A program made the translations under genes and the position numbers. Positions 1 to 11,782 of a DNA stretch of 54,394 nucleotides are shown here, piece after piece. Under the pieces are notes generated by a model. That model searched no databases. It saw only the letters and a program-made list of their open reading frames with translations, and was not told the origin of the DNA. Position 1 is the first letter of the stretch, and each line of letters opens with the position of its first letter. Source of the DNA: a virus (Duplodnaviria > Heunggongvirae > Uroviricota > Caudoviricetes); IMG/VR virus record IMGVR_UViG_2541047753_000004; one strand, written 5' to 3'.

Positions 1-1209
1 ATGTCGGTTTTTCATAACTGGCTGCTTGATATCGCAAGCGGGAATTACTTTATCTACATCAAACGCCTTTCTGCAAACGACACTGGCGCAACAGGTGGCC
101 ATCAGGTCGGACTTTATATCCCCTCAAATATCGTTGAAAAGCTTTTTCCATCTATCAATCATACTCGCGAACTGAACCCTTCAGTCTTCCTTACTGCGCA
201 TGTATCATCCCATGATTGCCCTGATACCCAAGCACGCGCAATTTATTACAACAACCGTTATTTTGGTAAGACCCGAAACGAAAAAAGAATTACGCGCTGG
301 GGGAGAGGAAGTCCATTACAGAACCCTGAAAATACAGGAGCTCTCACAATTCTTGCTTTCAGGTTAAACGAACAGAACACTGACTGTTCCGAGGTAGATA
401 TATGGGTCTGCGTCAATCCCGATGAAGAGGATATCATCGAGTCTGCTATTGGCGAAATCATACCTGGAACCCTAATTTCCGGCCCTGCCGGACAAATTTT
501 GGGCGGATTGTCTCTTCAGCAAACTCCAGTAAATCATAAATATGTTATTCCTGAAGACTGGAAGAAGCGTTTTCCTTCTGGAAACGAAATTATTCAATAT
601 GCTGCTGGCCATTATGCTAAAAACTCCAAGGATCCAGATGAGCAACTGATTGACCGTCGGCGTGTCGAGTATGATATTTTTCTACTCGTCGAGGAATTAC
701 ATGTTCTTGATATTATTAAGAAAGGATTCGATTCTGTAGATGAGTTTATTGCATTAGCCAACTCTGTCAGTAATCGACGTAAATCAAGGGCAGGTAAATC
801 ACTTGAACTTCACCTAGAGAAGCTTTTTATCGAGCACGGACTACGGCATTTCTCCACTCAGGCAGTTACTGAAGGTAATAAAAAACCAGATTTCCTGTTT
901 CCTTCAGCAGAGGCATATCATAACGCTGAATTTCCTGTAGAAAACTTACGTATGCTGGCAGTAAAGACCACCTGCAAAGATCGCTGGCGTCAGATACTGA
1001 ATGAAGCAGATAAAATCCATCAGGTACATTTATTTACGCTGCAAGAAGGTGTTTCTTCAGCACAATACCGAGAAATGAAAGATGCGGGTGTCAGACTCGT
1101 TGTACCATCAACTTTACATAAAAAATACCCAGAAGCAGTTAGAGAAGAATTAATAACGCTCGGAGCATTCATTACTGAGCTGATAGAACTTTACACTGAA
1201 CTATCATAG
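1..1209 (+). CDS. ecoRIIR: Type IIE restriction endonuclease, EcoRII family
   Basis: 402-aa ORF; N-terminus MSVFHNWLL...YIKRLSANDTGATGGHQVGLYIP matches the EcoRII sequence as I recall it; convergent with a C5-cytosine methyltransferase. Confidence 0.8.
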   Translation: MSVFHNWLLDIASGNYFIYIKRLSANDTGATGGHQVGLYIPSNIVEKLFPSINHTRELNPSVFLTAHVSSHDCPDTQARAIYYNNRYFGKTRNEKRITRWGRGSPLQNPENTGALTILAFRLNEQNTDCSEVDIWVCVNPDEEDIIESAIGEIIPGTLISGPAGQILGGLSLQQTPVNHKYVIPEDWKKRFPSGNEIIQYAAGHYAKNSKDPDEQLIDRRRVEYDIFLLVEELHVLDIIKKGFDSVDEFIALANSVSNRRKSRAGKSLELHLEKLFIEHGLRHFSTQAVTEGNKKPDFLFPSAEAYHNAEFPVENLRMLAVKTTCKDRWRQILNEADKIHQVHLFTLQEGVSSAQYREMKDAGVRLVVPSTLHKKYPEAVREELITLGAFITELIELYTELS

Positions 1210-1243
1210 GCTGACTCCCGGCTTAAAAGGCCGGGAGGTGTTC

Positions 1244-2677
1244 TCAAGGCTGCCCAGTCTTACCAGCATCAGCAGAAACAGCTTTGAGGATATAGGGTTC
1301 CAGAAGTCTGGCAACGGCTTCAAATACTGGCACCACAACGGAGTTACCGAACTGCCGATATGACTGAGTATCTGAAACCGGAATACGGAATGGTTTCCCT
1401 CCAGGTTTTTCAAACCCCATAAGGCGTGCGCACTCTCGGGGAGTCAGCCTGCGTGGTCGACGAGCCTGGTTACTCTCATTCATAAAGTCAGCCTCTCCCG
1501 TTGCCATATCCCAACCACGATCAATAAGAATTTCTGATCCGTCTTTGTGATATCTGGCAGAAAGTGTGCGTGCAATGCTTTCCTTATTCTCAGGATTGAC
1601 CAACCCAAAGCCAAAACCATTCCCCTTGGCTGCATGCTTTTTGGCGTAGTTATAAAGGTACTCCCATAGTTTTGGCGTAAGTATATATTTACTGTCGACT
1701 ACAGGCTCCAGCAATTCACCAAATGATGGGCGGTGTTCCGGATAAAAACGACTGATATCACGCAAGGTAAACCCCTTGTGAATATTCAGATCTCGTCTAA
1801 ATCCGACCAGAACAATGCGTTCACGATGCTGAGGCAAAAAATGCTTCCCATCGATAATCTTTGGATCGTTTTTTCCCATTTCTGCAGCATCGGCAACTTC
1901 GTAGCCCAGCTCGTCAAGGGTCTCCATAATGACTTTGAAAGTTTTACCCTTATCATGGCTCTTCAGATTTTTGACATTTTCCAGCACAAAAATTGCCGGT
2001 TTTTTTGCTCGTATAATACGTGCCACGTCAAAAAAAAGTGTTCCTTGTGCTTCACATTCAAAACCATGCGCACGACCAAGTGAGTTTTTCTTACTAACAC
2101 CAGCAAGGCTAAATGGCTGGCACGGGAACCCCGCAAGAAGCACATCATGATCCGGCACATGCTCATCAATATATGCATAAGCATCCGTTTCCAATACATC
2201 GGTTTTATCACTCAGCGTGACTTCCCGAATATCGAGATTGAATTTATGCACCTGTTCATCGTTAAACCAGTTGGCCTTGTATGTACGCACAGCATCTTTA
2301 TTCCATTCACTGGTAAAAACACACTGACCTCCAATGGCCTCAAAACCTTTCCGTATCCCTCCAATTCCAGCAAATAAGTCAATGAAGCGGAAAGCATATT
2401 CCGGATGGTTTGCAGGTGGTTCTGGTAGCATCTTACGCAGAAGAGACTCTTCTACTGAAGTCAACGATTTTGGTAAACACTTGCCATTAATCCAGCGGTT
2501 AATGGTTTCACGGCTCCACTCATTTTTTCCGACTTTTCTCAGTAATTCAGCCACATACTTCTGATCATAGATTTCCAGCACTTTCTCGATAAGCTTTTTA
2601 TCATTTTCCTGTCGCAGCTTTTCTTCCGCCTCGGCTTCCTTCAGCAGATGCTGTGCCAACACTTCAAATTCAGACAT
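1244..2677 (-). CDS. ecoRIIM: DNA (cytosine-5) methyltransferase, M.EcoRII/Dcm-like
   Basis: C5-MTase motifs [10 protein letters not shown] (motif I), FPCQPFS (PCQ, motif IV), ENV (FVLENVKNL), QFGNSV; likely start at MSEFEVLAQ giving 477 aa; ORF track extends 14 codons upstream. Confidence 0.85.
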   Translation of the reverse strand: MSEFEVLAQHLLKEAEAEEKLRQENDKKLIEKVLEIYDQKYVAELLRKVGKNEWSRETINRWINGKCLPKSLTSVEESLLRKMLPEPPANHPEYAFRFIDLFAGIGGIRKGFEAIGGQCVFTSEWNKDAVRTYKANWFNDEQVHKFNLDIREVTLSDKTDVLETDAYAYIDEHVPDHDVLLAGFPCQPFSLAGVSKKNSLGRAHGFECEAQGTLFFDVARIIRAKKPAIFVLENVKNLKSHDKGKTFKVIMETLDELGYEVADAAEMGKNDPKIIDGKHFLPQHRERIVLVGFRRDLNIHKGFTLRDISRFYPEHRPSFGELLEPVVDSKYILTPKLWEYLYNYAKKHAAKGNGFGFGLVNPENKESIARTLSARYHKDGSEILIDRGWDMATGEADFMNESNQARRPRRLTPRECARLMGFEKPGGKPFRIPVSDTQSYRQFGNSVVVPVFEAVARLLEPYILKAVSADAGKTGQP

Positions 2678-2895
2678 AATTCCTCCAAGGGGTCTAATGG
2701 GTGAAACTTTATCACTCATTCAACCCAGAAGGAAATGTTTTATCTGGATATTTAAACAGTGACTACAACGTAATCTAGCACTGGTGATGCTTTGTTAGGC
2801 ATAGAGAATCATTCTATATACGACTAATGACAGAAAAACAGCAGACAAGTAGTTTGTTCATAAATTAACGCATACAACGTGCCTGCGGTTTTTGA

Positions 2896-3852
<957 letters not shown>

Positions 3853-3909
3853 GTCTTTAAGTGATAAGCATAAACCGCAGCACGATCTTGCATACGACGT
3901 GCTACGGTT

Positions 3910-4464
3910 TCATTTATCTCCGACCGGAAACTTCTTATACAGTGTCGATATACCAACATCATAGATGATCGCCACCTTCTGGCGAGGAACGCCTGATGCA
4001 ATTAATCGCCCGGCCTGCGCCCATTGTTCTGGTGTAAGTTTGGGACGACGTCCACCAATTCGTCCCTGTGCGCGAGCAGCTTCCAGTCCAGCTTTTGTTC
4101 GTTCAACAATCAGTTCTCGTTCCATTTCAGCCAGGGCACCCATCACATGAAAGAAAAAACGCCCCATCGGTGTGCTGGTATCAATAGCATCCGTCAGGCT
4201 GCGAAAATTAACGCCACGTTCGCGCAACTCCTCAACCAGAATGACCAGATGCCGCATACTACGCCCTAGCCGATCCAGCTTCCAGACAACCAGAGTGTCA
4301 CCTGCCGATAATGTCCTGAGCAGTTTTTTCAGTCCCGGCCTTTCGGACTTTGTACCGCTTATCTTGTCTTCAAAAATCAGCTCGCATCCTGCACAGTTCA
4401 GCGCATTACGTTGTAGATCTGTGTTCTGGTCATTTGTTGACACACGTACATAGCCAATAAGCAT
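3910..4464 (-). CDS. pin: Serine recombinase, DNA invertase Pin/Gin/Hin family
   Basis: MLIGYVRVSTNDQNTDLQRNAL... with catalytic Ser context and C-terminal HTH; 184 aa from MLIGY start; adjacent to inverted crossover sites. Confidence 0.9.
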   Translation of the reverse strand: MLIGYVRVSTNDQNTDLQRNALNCAGCELIFEDKISGTKSERPGLKKLLRTLSAGDTLVVWKLDRLGRSMRHLVILVEELRERGVNFRSLTDAIDTSTPMGRFFFHVMGALAEMERELIVERTKAGLEAARAQGRIGGRRPKLTPEQWAQAGRLIASGVPRQKVAIIYDVGISTLYKKFPVGDK

Positions 4465-4490
4465 GGTAGATCTCCCTGACAAAAGCAGGA

Positions 4491-4883
4491 ATGATGCCAT
4501 TTGCTCGTTATTTCTGCATTTTCATAAACGTTGGTTTGGGAGAAGGTTCAGCATTACCTGTTGGTGCACCTGCGCCTCAGCTTCCTGATATACCTACAAC
4601 TGTGTGGCTTAATTCCGTCCCAGCAGATCTTACTTCTGAAGACGGTTTAGATCTTCAAAGGGCTCACATGGCTGATCCACTGCCGTCTCTGGGCGGTGTA
4701 ATTATTTTTGCCAGGGCAGATTCGAGTGGGTGTGATACGGGATTTTCAACTCAGGGTTGTACTCCCGCAACTTTTAATGTTAGAGATTTACATGATGCTG
4801 GTGATAACCAGGTGCATATTAATTTCAATTCCAGTATCGCCGTAGCTGGTGTCGATGCTGTTTTTATTGCATTAGACTCATAA
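4491..4883 (+). CDS. Alternative tail-fibre C-terminal segment (silent in current orientation)
   Basis: ORF reads through the left crossover site (…GLGEGSALPV…); inversion would fuse it in frame to the constant fibre N-terminus at 6444-6721. Confidence 0.45.
   Translation: MMPFARYFCIFINVGLGEGSALPVGAPAPQLPDIPTTVWLNSVPADLTSEDGLDLQRAHMADPLPSLGGVIIFARADSSGCDTGFSTQGCTPATFNVRDLHDAGDNQVHINFNSSIAVAGVDAVFIALDS
4519..4544. repeat. Invertase crossover site (ix-like), left copy
   Basis: 26-bp site ttttcataaacgttggtttgggagaa; reverse complement TTCTCCCAAACC AA CGTTTATGAAAA resembles hix/gix-type sites. Confidence 0.7.
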
Positions 4884-4909
4884 TATCCTTTAGCTGGAAG
4901 GAATAGAAA

Positions 4910-5149
4910 ATGAATTCCATATATAGCGCATATCTACATACCGTGTATCCCTTGGACAGCGGAGGGTATTACAAGCGGGCCATCGATATCACAGCGGACT
5001 CGGTTCAATTTGTTGAATTAGAGCATGATGGGTGTTTAAGATATAAGGCCAAATTAAATATCGATATTGCTGGCGCGAAGGCGTGGCATGTTTGTTTTTA
5101 TAATCCTCAAGGTAAACAAGAAGAATATATTGCTGCAGCCGCACAGTAA
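4910..5149 (+). CDS. Short tail-fibre assembly/chaperone-like protein (putative)
   Basis: 79-aa ORF directly after the alternative fibre segment inside the invertible region; assigned by position only. Confidence 0.3.
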   Translation: MNSIYSAYLHTVYPLDSGGYYKRAIDITADSVQFVELEHDGCLRYKAKLNIDIAGAKAWHVCFYNPQGKQEEYIAAAAQ

Positions 5150-6382
5150 CATCAGCAAGTGATTAATAATCCCGCATATTACAGGATAAGTGCACAAGGA
5201 ACAGGTAAAGCGGGTTATGCCCTTTGGAGCGGTGCGGAATTAGAGCAATGGAAATAGTGGCCAGATTATCGGGGAGAACTGGTGTAGGTCAACAAATTGA
5301 GTGAGGCAGATGTAAAATCACCTACGGGTGCGGAACTCGAAAACAGAAGACCTCTCGCGCCGTGATCGTATTTGGATCAGTGACATCGTCAATAAAGTCT
5401 AACCGAGTGTGAAGTAGGGAATCCCCCGCCTGCATAAGCTGCAGCCGCACAGGTTCTTTCACTGGTTGAAGACGAAATGACGTCCTTGAAGTTTATTTCA
5501 CTGACAGTAGCGGTTCGGCTGCAGCTTCTACTGGCAGAGGACGCTGTACCTAAGTATCGGTTAGCTATTTTTCACCCTCCGATTTCTCGTAAGGCGTGAA
5601 TCGCGCGGGAGGTCATGTAGCTTCAGGTGCCGGAGCCGGAGTCCATACAATTTCTGCCGCACCGATTTCATTGTTCAGGTCCAGTTCTCCCAGATGGTCC
5701 AGCAACAAATTCTATTGCGCTAGTTCCTCACCGTGGAGAATGGCAAAAGCCGCTTTATCAGCTCCTTGTGTATTTAAACAATAACCGTTCGCATGACTAA
5801 CAAAAAGCGCATTATTTTGTTTTGCTGTGGCAATATATTCTCCATGTGCACGTTGTTAATTTTCAAACCTAGCATGCACCCCCTTTGTTGCAACAATATC
5901 GATTTTTACTTCGGCCGGTTACATTGAAAAGCCAATATACAGTAGCTCAATGAAAGGATAAGCATCAGCTGTGAATTCCACGCCCCGGTTGAAATATCCT
6001 TCGATGTCCAAGGAGTACAAATAATTTGTAGATGTGCTAAATCAGTAATACAATTTTCACTCCATACTGCTAAAGGATAATATCACCTTACAGCAATTAA
6101 TGAAGAACCAATAGCGGGTAAGGCTATACTGAAATTAAATTTCACAGTGACATGGTTACAACCGGCACCAGGTATAGCTCTAACATTAACTCTTCCGGGC
6201 TTGTAATTTAGCAATGCAAGTACCGGAACAATCCCTCTCGGAACTTCACACGCACGAAAGAACTCTCCACGTTGATCCGTCAGCTGATCAGTCAGTTACC
6301 CCTATGCCAGATTTGAATATTATGGCGCAGATAGATATGCAGGATCTCATGCCAGCAACATAGTACGACCCATCTCTGATGT
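5150..6382 (-). pseudogene. Degenerate tail-fibre-assembly arm of the invertible segment
   Basis: ~1.2 kb with no ORF of 60 aa or more on the minus strand; minus-strand fragments such as LLDHLGELDLNNEIGAAEIVWTPAPAPE are interrupted by stops. Confidence 0.3.
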
Positions 6383-6721
6383 CTACTGAGCAGCTGTCCC
6401 AACATGTAATGTAGACGCTTCTCCCAAACCAAGGTTTTCGAGAGCCGTTTTCACGGTGCCATCCGATTTGATATCGTCAAACGGATTCTTGCGGCTTAAC
6501 AGCAGCGCACGAAGCGCGGTAAGCAGCTGGTCATGCCGCCCCTTCTCCAGGCTGGCACCGGATGCCTCCACCACGCCACAAAGCTCTTCCTGCAACATGT
6601 CAAAGTAGTCATCATCCAGATCGGTGGCAGGCGTGCCAGTCTGGGGGTTACCACGGGTAAAACCGTTCTTACCCGCGCCGAACTTATCCTTCTGCGCGGT
6701 TTTCGTGTCTATACGATGCAT
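6383..6721 (-). CDS. Tail fibre protein, constant N-terminal part joined to a very short C-terminus in this orientation
   Basis: Directly downstream of the YmfQ-like baseplate gene; crossover site encodes residues ~93-101 (ALENLGLGE); ORF stops 11 codons later. Confidence 0.55.
   Translation of the reverse strand: MHRIDTKTAQKDKFGAGKNGFTRGNPQTGTPATDLDDDYFDMLQEELCGVVEASGASLEKGRHDQLLTALRALLLSRKNPFDDIKSDGTVKTALENLGLGEASTLHVGTAAQ
6419..6444. repeat. Invertase crossover site (ix-like), right copy, inverted relative to the left copy
   Basis: ttctcccaaaccaaggttttcgagag shares 14 nt TTCTCCCAAACCAA with the left copy in opposite orientation; lies inside the 3' end of the tail-fibre gene. Confidence 0.7.
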
Positions 6722-6724
6722 GGA

Positions 6725-7309
6725 TTACTCCGGATATTTAAAAATTACGTAGGTATGCGACGGGCAGAGTTTGTTAAGCACACACTCGACAACGGTGTCA
6801 CCCCAGATACGCAGTGCGGAATCACAGGGATCGCCACATGTCATCCAGGTGGTGTTGGTGGTGGTTGGCATGTTGACCTGCCAGTAATACCGCCATTCCG
6901 GCGCATTCACCGCGTCAGTACAGGCCGATGAGCAGGTGAACGTGCTTTTGTCGTATCGCGTGATGGTGGCATCTGGTCTGCCCAGGGCAGCAAGCTGTGC
7001 AAGATAAAAATCCTCGTTGATGCCGCCCGCCAGGTTAACCTTCGCATCCAGCCGTTGCTGACGCTGGCGAAGGGTCTGCGTTCCCGCCGGAATACATTCA
7101 TCCGGCAGACCGCACAGACGCTCCCAGCGGTTTATCAGTTCAGTGGTGGTGCGCGGATCCAGCTCCCGCATCAGGGCATCCGCACGCTGATGAACACGGG
7201 TTAATGACGGTGCCGCACCGGCAATCGCCGGATCGCTGGCTGACCACGCCGGACCAGGCGGCAACAGTGCCGATAACAGGCGGATGTAATCATCGTTTGT
7301 CACGTCCAT
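6725..7309 (-). CDS. Phage tail protein, YmfQ/DUF2313-like (Mu gp48-like)
   Basis: 194 aa, position after baseplate J gene; family assigned from recalled similarity to e14 YmfQ. Confidence 0.65.
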   Translation of the reverse strand: MDVTNDDYIRLLSALLPPGPAWSASDPAIAGAAPSLTRVHQRADALMRELDPRTTTELINRWERLCGLPDECIPAGTQTLRQRQQRLDAKVNLAGGINEDFYLAQLAALGRPDATITRYDKSTFTCSSACTDAVNAPEWRYYWQVNMPTTTNTTWMTCGDPCDSALRIWGDTVVECVLNKLCPSHTYVIFKYPE

Positions 7310-8358
7310 GAAATCGTCCCCAGTACCGCCAGTTCGTTTTTCGCAATGGAGATATTGTCCACCGGTGCAAGCAACTGATGGCTGTATTCCCCGTTCGCAC
7401 CGGAAATCGCCTCACTGATACGCGATACCTTCAGTTCTCCCTGCGGATAACCATCACGCAGCAGGAACGAACGCAACTCCGCGGTAATGGCAGCCCGTAT
7501 TTCCGGTGTGTCCGGCGTCACGCGGATATGAAAATCCACCGTATGTGCCACCGGCCTGAATACATACAAATCAGAGCCTGCCACCGGGGCCAGTGGCCCG
7601 ATATGTTGTCTTGCTGCCGTTTCCGTTGATTCTTCCGGAATGGGATTAATCAGGTCACTGCTGGCAATCATCACACCGACAGTTCCCGTTCCCATCCAGT
7701 GACGGTATGTCCATGCGCGGGTAATGCCGGGCACTTCTTTAGCCCAGACGACATAGTCCCCGTCAGCCCCGCCCTGAGGCGTCCAGTAATACCGCTCAAT
7801 GACGCGGGCGCGCCACGTTTCCAGCTCTTCAGTATCAAATCCACCTGTCAGGGTATCTGCCACGCCGGAAGACGGCAGACCATTAACCGGCGTGACCAGG
7901 ATTAATGACGTACCGTCGTCAGCGTTACCGACCGCGCCTGCACTTGAGCAGGCGATCGGCACGCGCAGGACACCACCGGAGCTGGTTGCATCGGCAGTTG
8001 CCGTGTACTGAACCAGGTCATCGCGCTGAATAACACTCCCGGCGGTCACCTTCAGGCCATCGCTGACACCTTCCCAGCGCATATACCCGCTGGCAGCCGT
8101 GGCCCCCTTGCGCGGACACCGTTTCATCGCAGCATGTCGCGCCAGCCAGGACTCATCGCACAGGTCAGGCAGCATGTTCATTGCCAGATAATCGATGTAC
8201 CCGTAAACCGTATGCAGCGCCGCCGCATACACCTTTGCCCGCACGTCTTCATCCATGCGCCGGAGCGTGTCGCTGACGTCCAGCCTGGCGAATAAATCGT
8301 TACGGAGCATACTGATATTTTCTGCCAGCGTCGGGCGCTGAAATTCACTGTCCGCCAT
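7300..8358 (-). CDS. Baseplate J-like protein (Mu gp47-like)
   Basis: 352 aa, position and size in Mu-type baseplate module. Confidence 0.8.
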   Translation of the reverse strand: MADSEFQRPTLAENISMLRNDLFARLDVSDTLRRMDEDVRAKVYAAALHTVYGYIDYLAMNMLPDLCDESWLARHAAMKRCPRKGATAASGYMRWEGVSDGLKVTAGSVIQRDDLVQYTATADATSSGGVLRVPIACSSAGAVGNADDGTSLILVTPVNGLPSSGVADTLTGGFDTEELETWRARVIERYYWTPQGGADGDYVVWAKEVPGITRAWTYRHWMGTGTVGVMIASSDLINPIPEESTETAARQHIGPLAPVAGSDLYVFRPVAHTVDFHIRVTPDTPEIRAAITAELRSFLLRDGYPQGELKVSRISEAISGANGEYSHQLLAPVDNISIAKNELAVLGTISWT

Positions 8359-8773
8359 GCGTTATCGCACTCCACAGATCATCAAAAGAAATCATTACCG
8401 GTCCGTCACGACGCCAGAGAGTGATACTGTTACCCAGTTCATTAATCCCGGTGCGGCGGATATCCAGATCAATACGGGACACCACGCCGTCATCAATCAT
8501 CCATTGCAGGCATTCGCGGATATACCCCCTTACTGTCTGCACCAGCTGATTGGTCAGTTTGCTGCGCTGAAGCAGCCACAGTCGGGAGCCGTAACGGTCA
8601 TTCTGTACCGCAGGCCAGGTATCCCCCCACCATCCCATCGGGACGTCGGCATTGTCATCAGGCTCCGCCCGCCGCCAGGTGAACAGGGAAATCACCACAG
8701 CGCGGGTCAGCGGCTCCAGCGGTGCGCTGGCGCAGGTGCGTTTACCGTTCATCGTCAGCCACAGTTCCATCAT
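8345..8773 (-). CDS. Baseplate protein, Mu gp46-like
   Basis: 142 aa between gpV-like and J-like genes, overlapping starts typical of baseplate operons. Confidence 0.65.
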   Translation of the reverse strand: MMELWLTMNGKRTCASAPLEPLTRAVVISLFTWRRAEPDDNADVPMGWWGDTWPAVQNDRYGSRLWLLQRSKLTNQLVQTVRGYIRECLQWMIDDGVVSRIDLDIRRTGINELGNSITLWRRDGPVMISFDDLWSAITHGGQ

Positions 8774-9318
8774 GCCTCCATCGCTTTATCAGGTTTGTCG
8801 GTGTTACTGCCCTGACCGTTCTCTCTGTGACGATGCCCGTTATAGGCAAGCCGCATCGCTGACATGGTGGTGCCGCCGGAGTCGCACAGGTCTTTCACCT
8901 GTCCGGTCACTTCCAGGTCCATTTCAAAACGTGCTCTGGGCGCATTACGAAACGTGATCGTTTTACCTGCACCGTCCACCACGATACCCGCCCGGGTCAG
9001 CGTCACGGACTGCCCCTGATCGTCATAGACAGCCACCTCACCCGTCTGCAGCCCTTTCAGGCGGTAGCGCCGGTCCGACACCGTAACAACCACCGCATGA
9101 GAACGGTCGCCATCCGGAAACAACACCACCGCTTCCGCACCGCTGTTTGCCCTTGCGGTAAAACCGTAGGGTTCAAGATGTTCAACCCCGGCTTTGGGTT
9201 CACCGGCAATCAGGAACACATCCACGGTCTGACATTTCGTGGCGGCACTGATGCTTTTCACCACGGCCCGCCCAATCAGGCCGAGGAGTTGTCGCTGCAT
9301 GGCTTCAATCGTCCTCAT
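8770..9318 (-). CDS. Baseplate assembly protein V / spike (Mu gp45-like)
   Basis: 182 aa, position in module. Confidence 0.7.
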   Translation of the reverse strand: MRTIEAMQRQLLGLIGRAVVKSISAATKCQTVDVFLIAGEPKAGVEHLEPYGFTARANSGAEAVVLFPDGDRSHAVVVTVSDRRYRLKGLQTGEVAVYDDQGQSVTLTRAGIVVDGAGKTITFRNAPRARFEMDLEVTGQVKDLCDSGGTTMSAMRLAYNGHRHRENGQGSNTDKPDKAMEA

Positions 9319-10397
9319 CAGAACGGGTCCTCCTGTACTCTGGCTTTTTTCTTTTTCCGCGCGCCGGGGGCTTCGGGTTCAGGCAGATAAGCATCAGGTG
9401 GGCCGACACGGATTTCCGTCAGGGTGCCGTTCTGGTCCTGAGTAAACGTGACTTCCGAGACAAGCAGTTCGGTATTGTCGAAACCACAGACCGGATCGAA
9501 GACAATCACCCGCTGGTTGGGCTGCCACAGCGTACCGTTACCCTGTCGCCAGCCCTGCACCACATAGGTGGTTTCATCCGTCCGCGCCGCCCGTTGTCGG
9601 GCTTCAAAGTCAGCACGCGCAATACAGCCTGCCCCCGTAGCCTGCCCTGTCTGCCTGATATACATCGGACGATAACGGGCAATAAATGCGTCCTCTGTGC
9701 GGGCCCGCAGCGCAGTTGTGGTGGCCTCACCGAAATCATCGTCGTTTCCGGCACGCTGCCCCGCCACCTGGTAAACAGAAAACCGCTCCCGGATACTCTT
9801 CTCCGTATCGCAGGAAAGGATGTTTTCCCCGAGTACCAGCGCGGTATGTGCCCGCGTTGAGCCAATACCGCCAATCACCAGCCTGCCGTGCGGGTCGTCA
9901 TAAGCCAGCGCCTGCTGCTGACCGAGTATTTTGTTAATCACCTCGATCACCGTTTCACCGTGATCAGGCTGGACATCAGGAATAACACCCGACGGCGCAC
10001 CGCTGTTCACCACCTCAATGCCGAAGGGCGCAGCAAGCGCCTGCGCAATCTGTACCAGTGATCGTCCGTTAAACTGTGTCGGTTCGGCTGCACAATCAAT
10101 CAGGTCAGCGGTCAGACTGCGTCCGGCAATACCGGTGCTGACCGAACGGGCATCGTAACGAACGGGCGTCGCCTCCACCCAGCCGGTGATCACCAGCTCA
10201 TCACCAATCAGCACCTCCACTTTTGAACCGTTTTTAATGCGCGGCTGAAGCGTGGTGATACCCTCATCACCCGGCCACTGGCGGGTGATCTCCACACTGA
10301 AATCCCGCGCCAGTCGTTCAACACCGGCACCGATGCGCACCGATGTCCAGCTATTCCACTCCCGGCCATTTACCCGTAGCGTGACATTGTCGTTCAT
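9318..10397 (-). CDS. Baseplate hub / late control D-family protein (Mu gp44-like)
   Basis: 359 aa upstream of gpV-like gene. Confidence 0.65.
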   Translation of the reverse strand: MNDNVTLRVNGREWNSWTSVRIGAGVERLARDFSVEITRQWPGDEGITTLQPRIKNGSKVEVLIGDELVITGWVEATPVRYDARSVSTGIAGRSLTADLIDCAAEPTQFNGRSLVQIAQALAAPFGIEVVNSGAPSGVIPDVQPDHGETVIEVINKILGQQQALAYDDPHGRLVIGGIGSTRAHTALVLGENILSCDTEKSIRERFSVYQVAGQRAGNDDDFGEATTTALRARTEDAFIARYRPMYIRQTGQATGAGCIARADFEARQRAARTDETTYVVQGWRQGNGTLWQPNQRVIVFDPVCGFDNTELLVSEVTFTQDQNGTLTEIRVGPPDAYLPEPEAPGARKKKKARVQEDPF

Positions 10398-11722
10398 TGC
10401 ACTGGCACCTTCAGAGGGATCACCGGCACAAAGCCGGGATGCGTAATGGCATTACGCCGGATAATGTCCGCATCACGCGCCGCGTTATCAAACCAGGTCG
10501 CCGCCAGCACCAGCGCGGGTAAAACCTCATCCGGTGTGCGCTGAATGATCCGTGCAGACTGTTCAAGGCGCGTGTTGATATCCGCATTCAGATCTGCTTT
10601 CACCCGGCGCAGTGCCAGAAACAGCGCATCACTGGTTGTACGGGACAACTCCTTATCAATTGCCGTATTCAGTGTGTCGCGAATGTCAGTCAGTTCTTCC
10701 CACGTTGGCAGGTCAACCGTGTTTTTCACCGCCGGTGCATTGTTCAGTGCCGGATGCGTGACAGAAGGCCAGCCGGTGCTCTGCGCGGGTGTTGTTGACT
10801 GCCCCACTGTGGCATTCTGCATCACCGCGGAAGTTGTGGGCGCAGGCAATCGTGTGACGGCATACGCCGCTTCGCTGATTGCGGTAGTACGAAGGGTGCT
10901 GGCAACCACGTTACGCTGCTGCGTCGCCGTGGCGGTGGTTTTACTGTCCGTTTTCCAGACGCCGCGCGGTTGCAGATCGCTGCCGAGGCTGACACCGGAA
11001 AGCGTTTTGATCATGGTGACCAGGTCGCTGGCGTTACCATAAAGGCGTTTCCCGGTACGCCACATTTTCTGCACCTGCTCAACGAAATTTTTGCCTGACG
11101 ATGGTGGCGGCAGAAGTACCGAGATATCCCCCTGCAACAGCCTGGCAGCATCCGATACGGCAGAATCCACCACTTTCATCGCATCAGAAACATACCCAAG
11201 CATTGTGCTGGCATTACCGATAACGTCGTTCTGCACAAAATCCGCCACGCCATCGATACTGAAACCGCTGAAGCTGTCACTGATGCAGTCATCCAGTGCA
11301 GAACAGGATGACATCAGCGTCTGCGCCGTCGCCGCACCTGATGTGGGGTAAGAGAGTTCTCCCGCTTCGACAAACTTCAGGTCAAAGCGGACAATACGCC
11401 CTTCACTCTTCGATGTGCTGACCCGAACCTCTCCGTCAACACAGACTTTCAGCTCACCGTAAGTCGGATGGACAAGCGTGCCGGGACCGGGTTTATTCAG
11501 CGCGTCAATCAGGCGATCGCGCTGGTCAAAGCAGTCATCTCCCACCACATAAGCCGTGATGGACGGGCGGAAAGTGATTTTCCCCAGGTCTTCGGTATAG
11601 GGTTTGTCGCGGTTCGGGTATTCGTGCGTTTCCACACGACGACCGGTTCCCGCACTTTCTTCTTCAACCTTAAACGGCACACCGCGAAATGACGCGTCCT
11701 GAAGTCTGTCTTTCCACGTCAT
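10394..11722 (-). CDS. DNA circulation protein (Mu N / gp43-like)
   Basis: Follows tape measure gene; start set at MTWKDRL with GGAG 7 nt upstream; ORF track extends 14 codons further. Confidence 0.65.
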   Translation of the reverse strand: MTWKDRLQDASFRGVPFKVEEESAGTGRRVETHEYPNRDKPYTEDLGKITFRPSITAYVVGDDCFDQRDRLIDALNKPGPGTLVHPTYGELKVCVDGEVRVSTSKSEGRIVRFDLKFVEAGELSYPTSGAATAQTLMSSCSALDDCISDSFSGFSIDGVADFVQNDVIGNASTMLGYVSDAMKVVDSAVSDAARLLQGDISVLLPPPSSGKNFVEQVQKMWRTGKRLYGNASDLVTMIKTLSGVSLGSDLQPRGVWKTDSKTTATATQQRNVVASTLRTTAISEAAYAVTRLPAPTTSAVMQNATVGQSTTPAQSTGWPSVTHPALNNAPAVKNTVDLPTWEELTDIRDTLNTAIDKELSRTTSDALFLALRRVKADLNADINTRLEQSARIIQRTPDEVLPALVLAATWFDNAARDADIIRRNAITHPGFVPVIPLKVPVQ

Positions 11723-11735
11723 ATAAACTCCGTAC

Positions 11736-11759
11736 ATAAAAAATCCCACCGGAGTGGGA
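11736..11759 (-). terminator. Intrinsic terminator-like hairpin between tape measure and DNA-circulation genes
   Basis: Minus strand TCCCACTCCGGTGGGA followed by TTTTTT. Confidence 0.4.
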
Positions 11760-11782
11760 CTCATTAACAGATTAATTTTTCA

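Larger units (their letters stand above)
4519..6444. other. Invertible DNA segment (tail-fibre host-range switch)
   Basis: ~1.9 kb bounded by inverted ix-like sites next to pin; both sites encode GLGE in the fibre reading frames. Confidence 0.65.

Noticed and set aside
1733-2564. Several 70-116-aa plus-strand ORFs
   Set aside because: All are antisense inside the C5-methyltransferase gene; shadow ORFs
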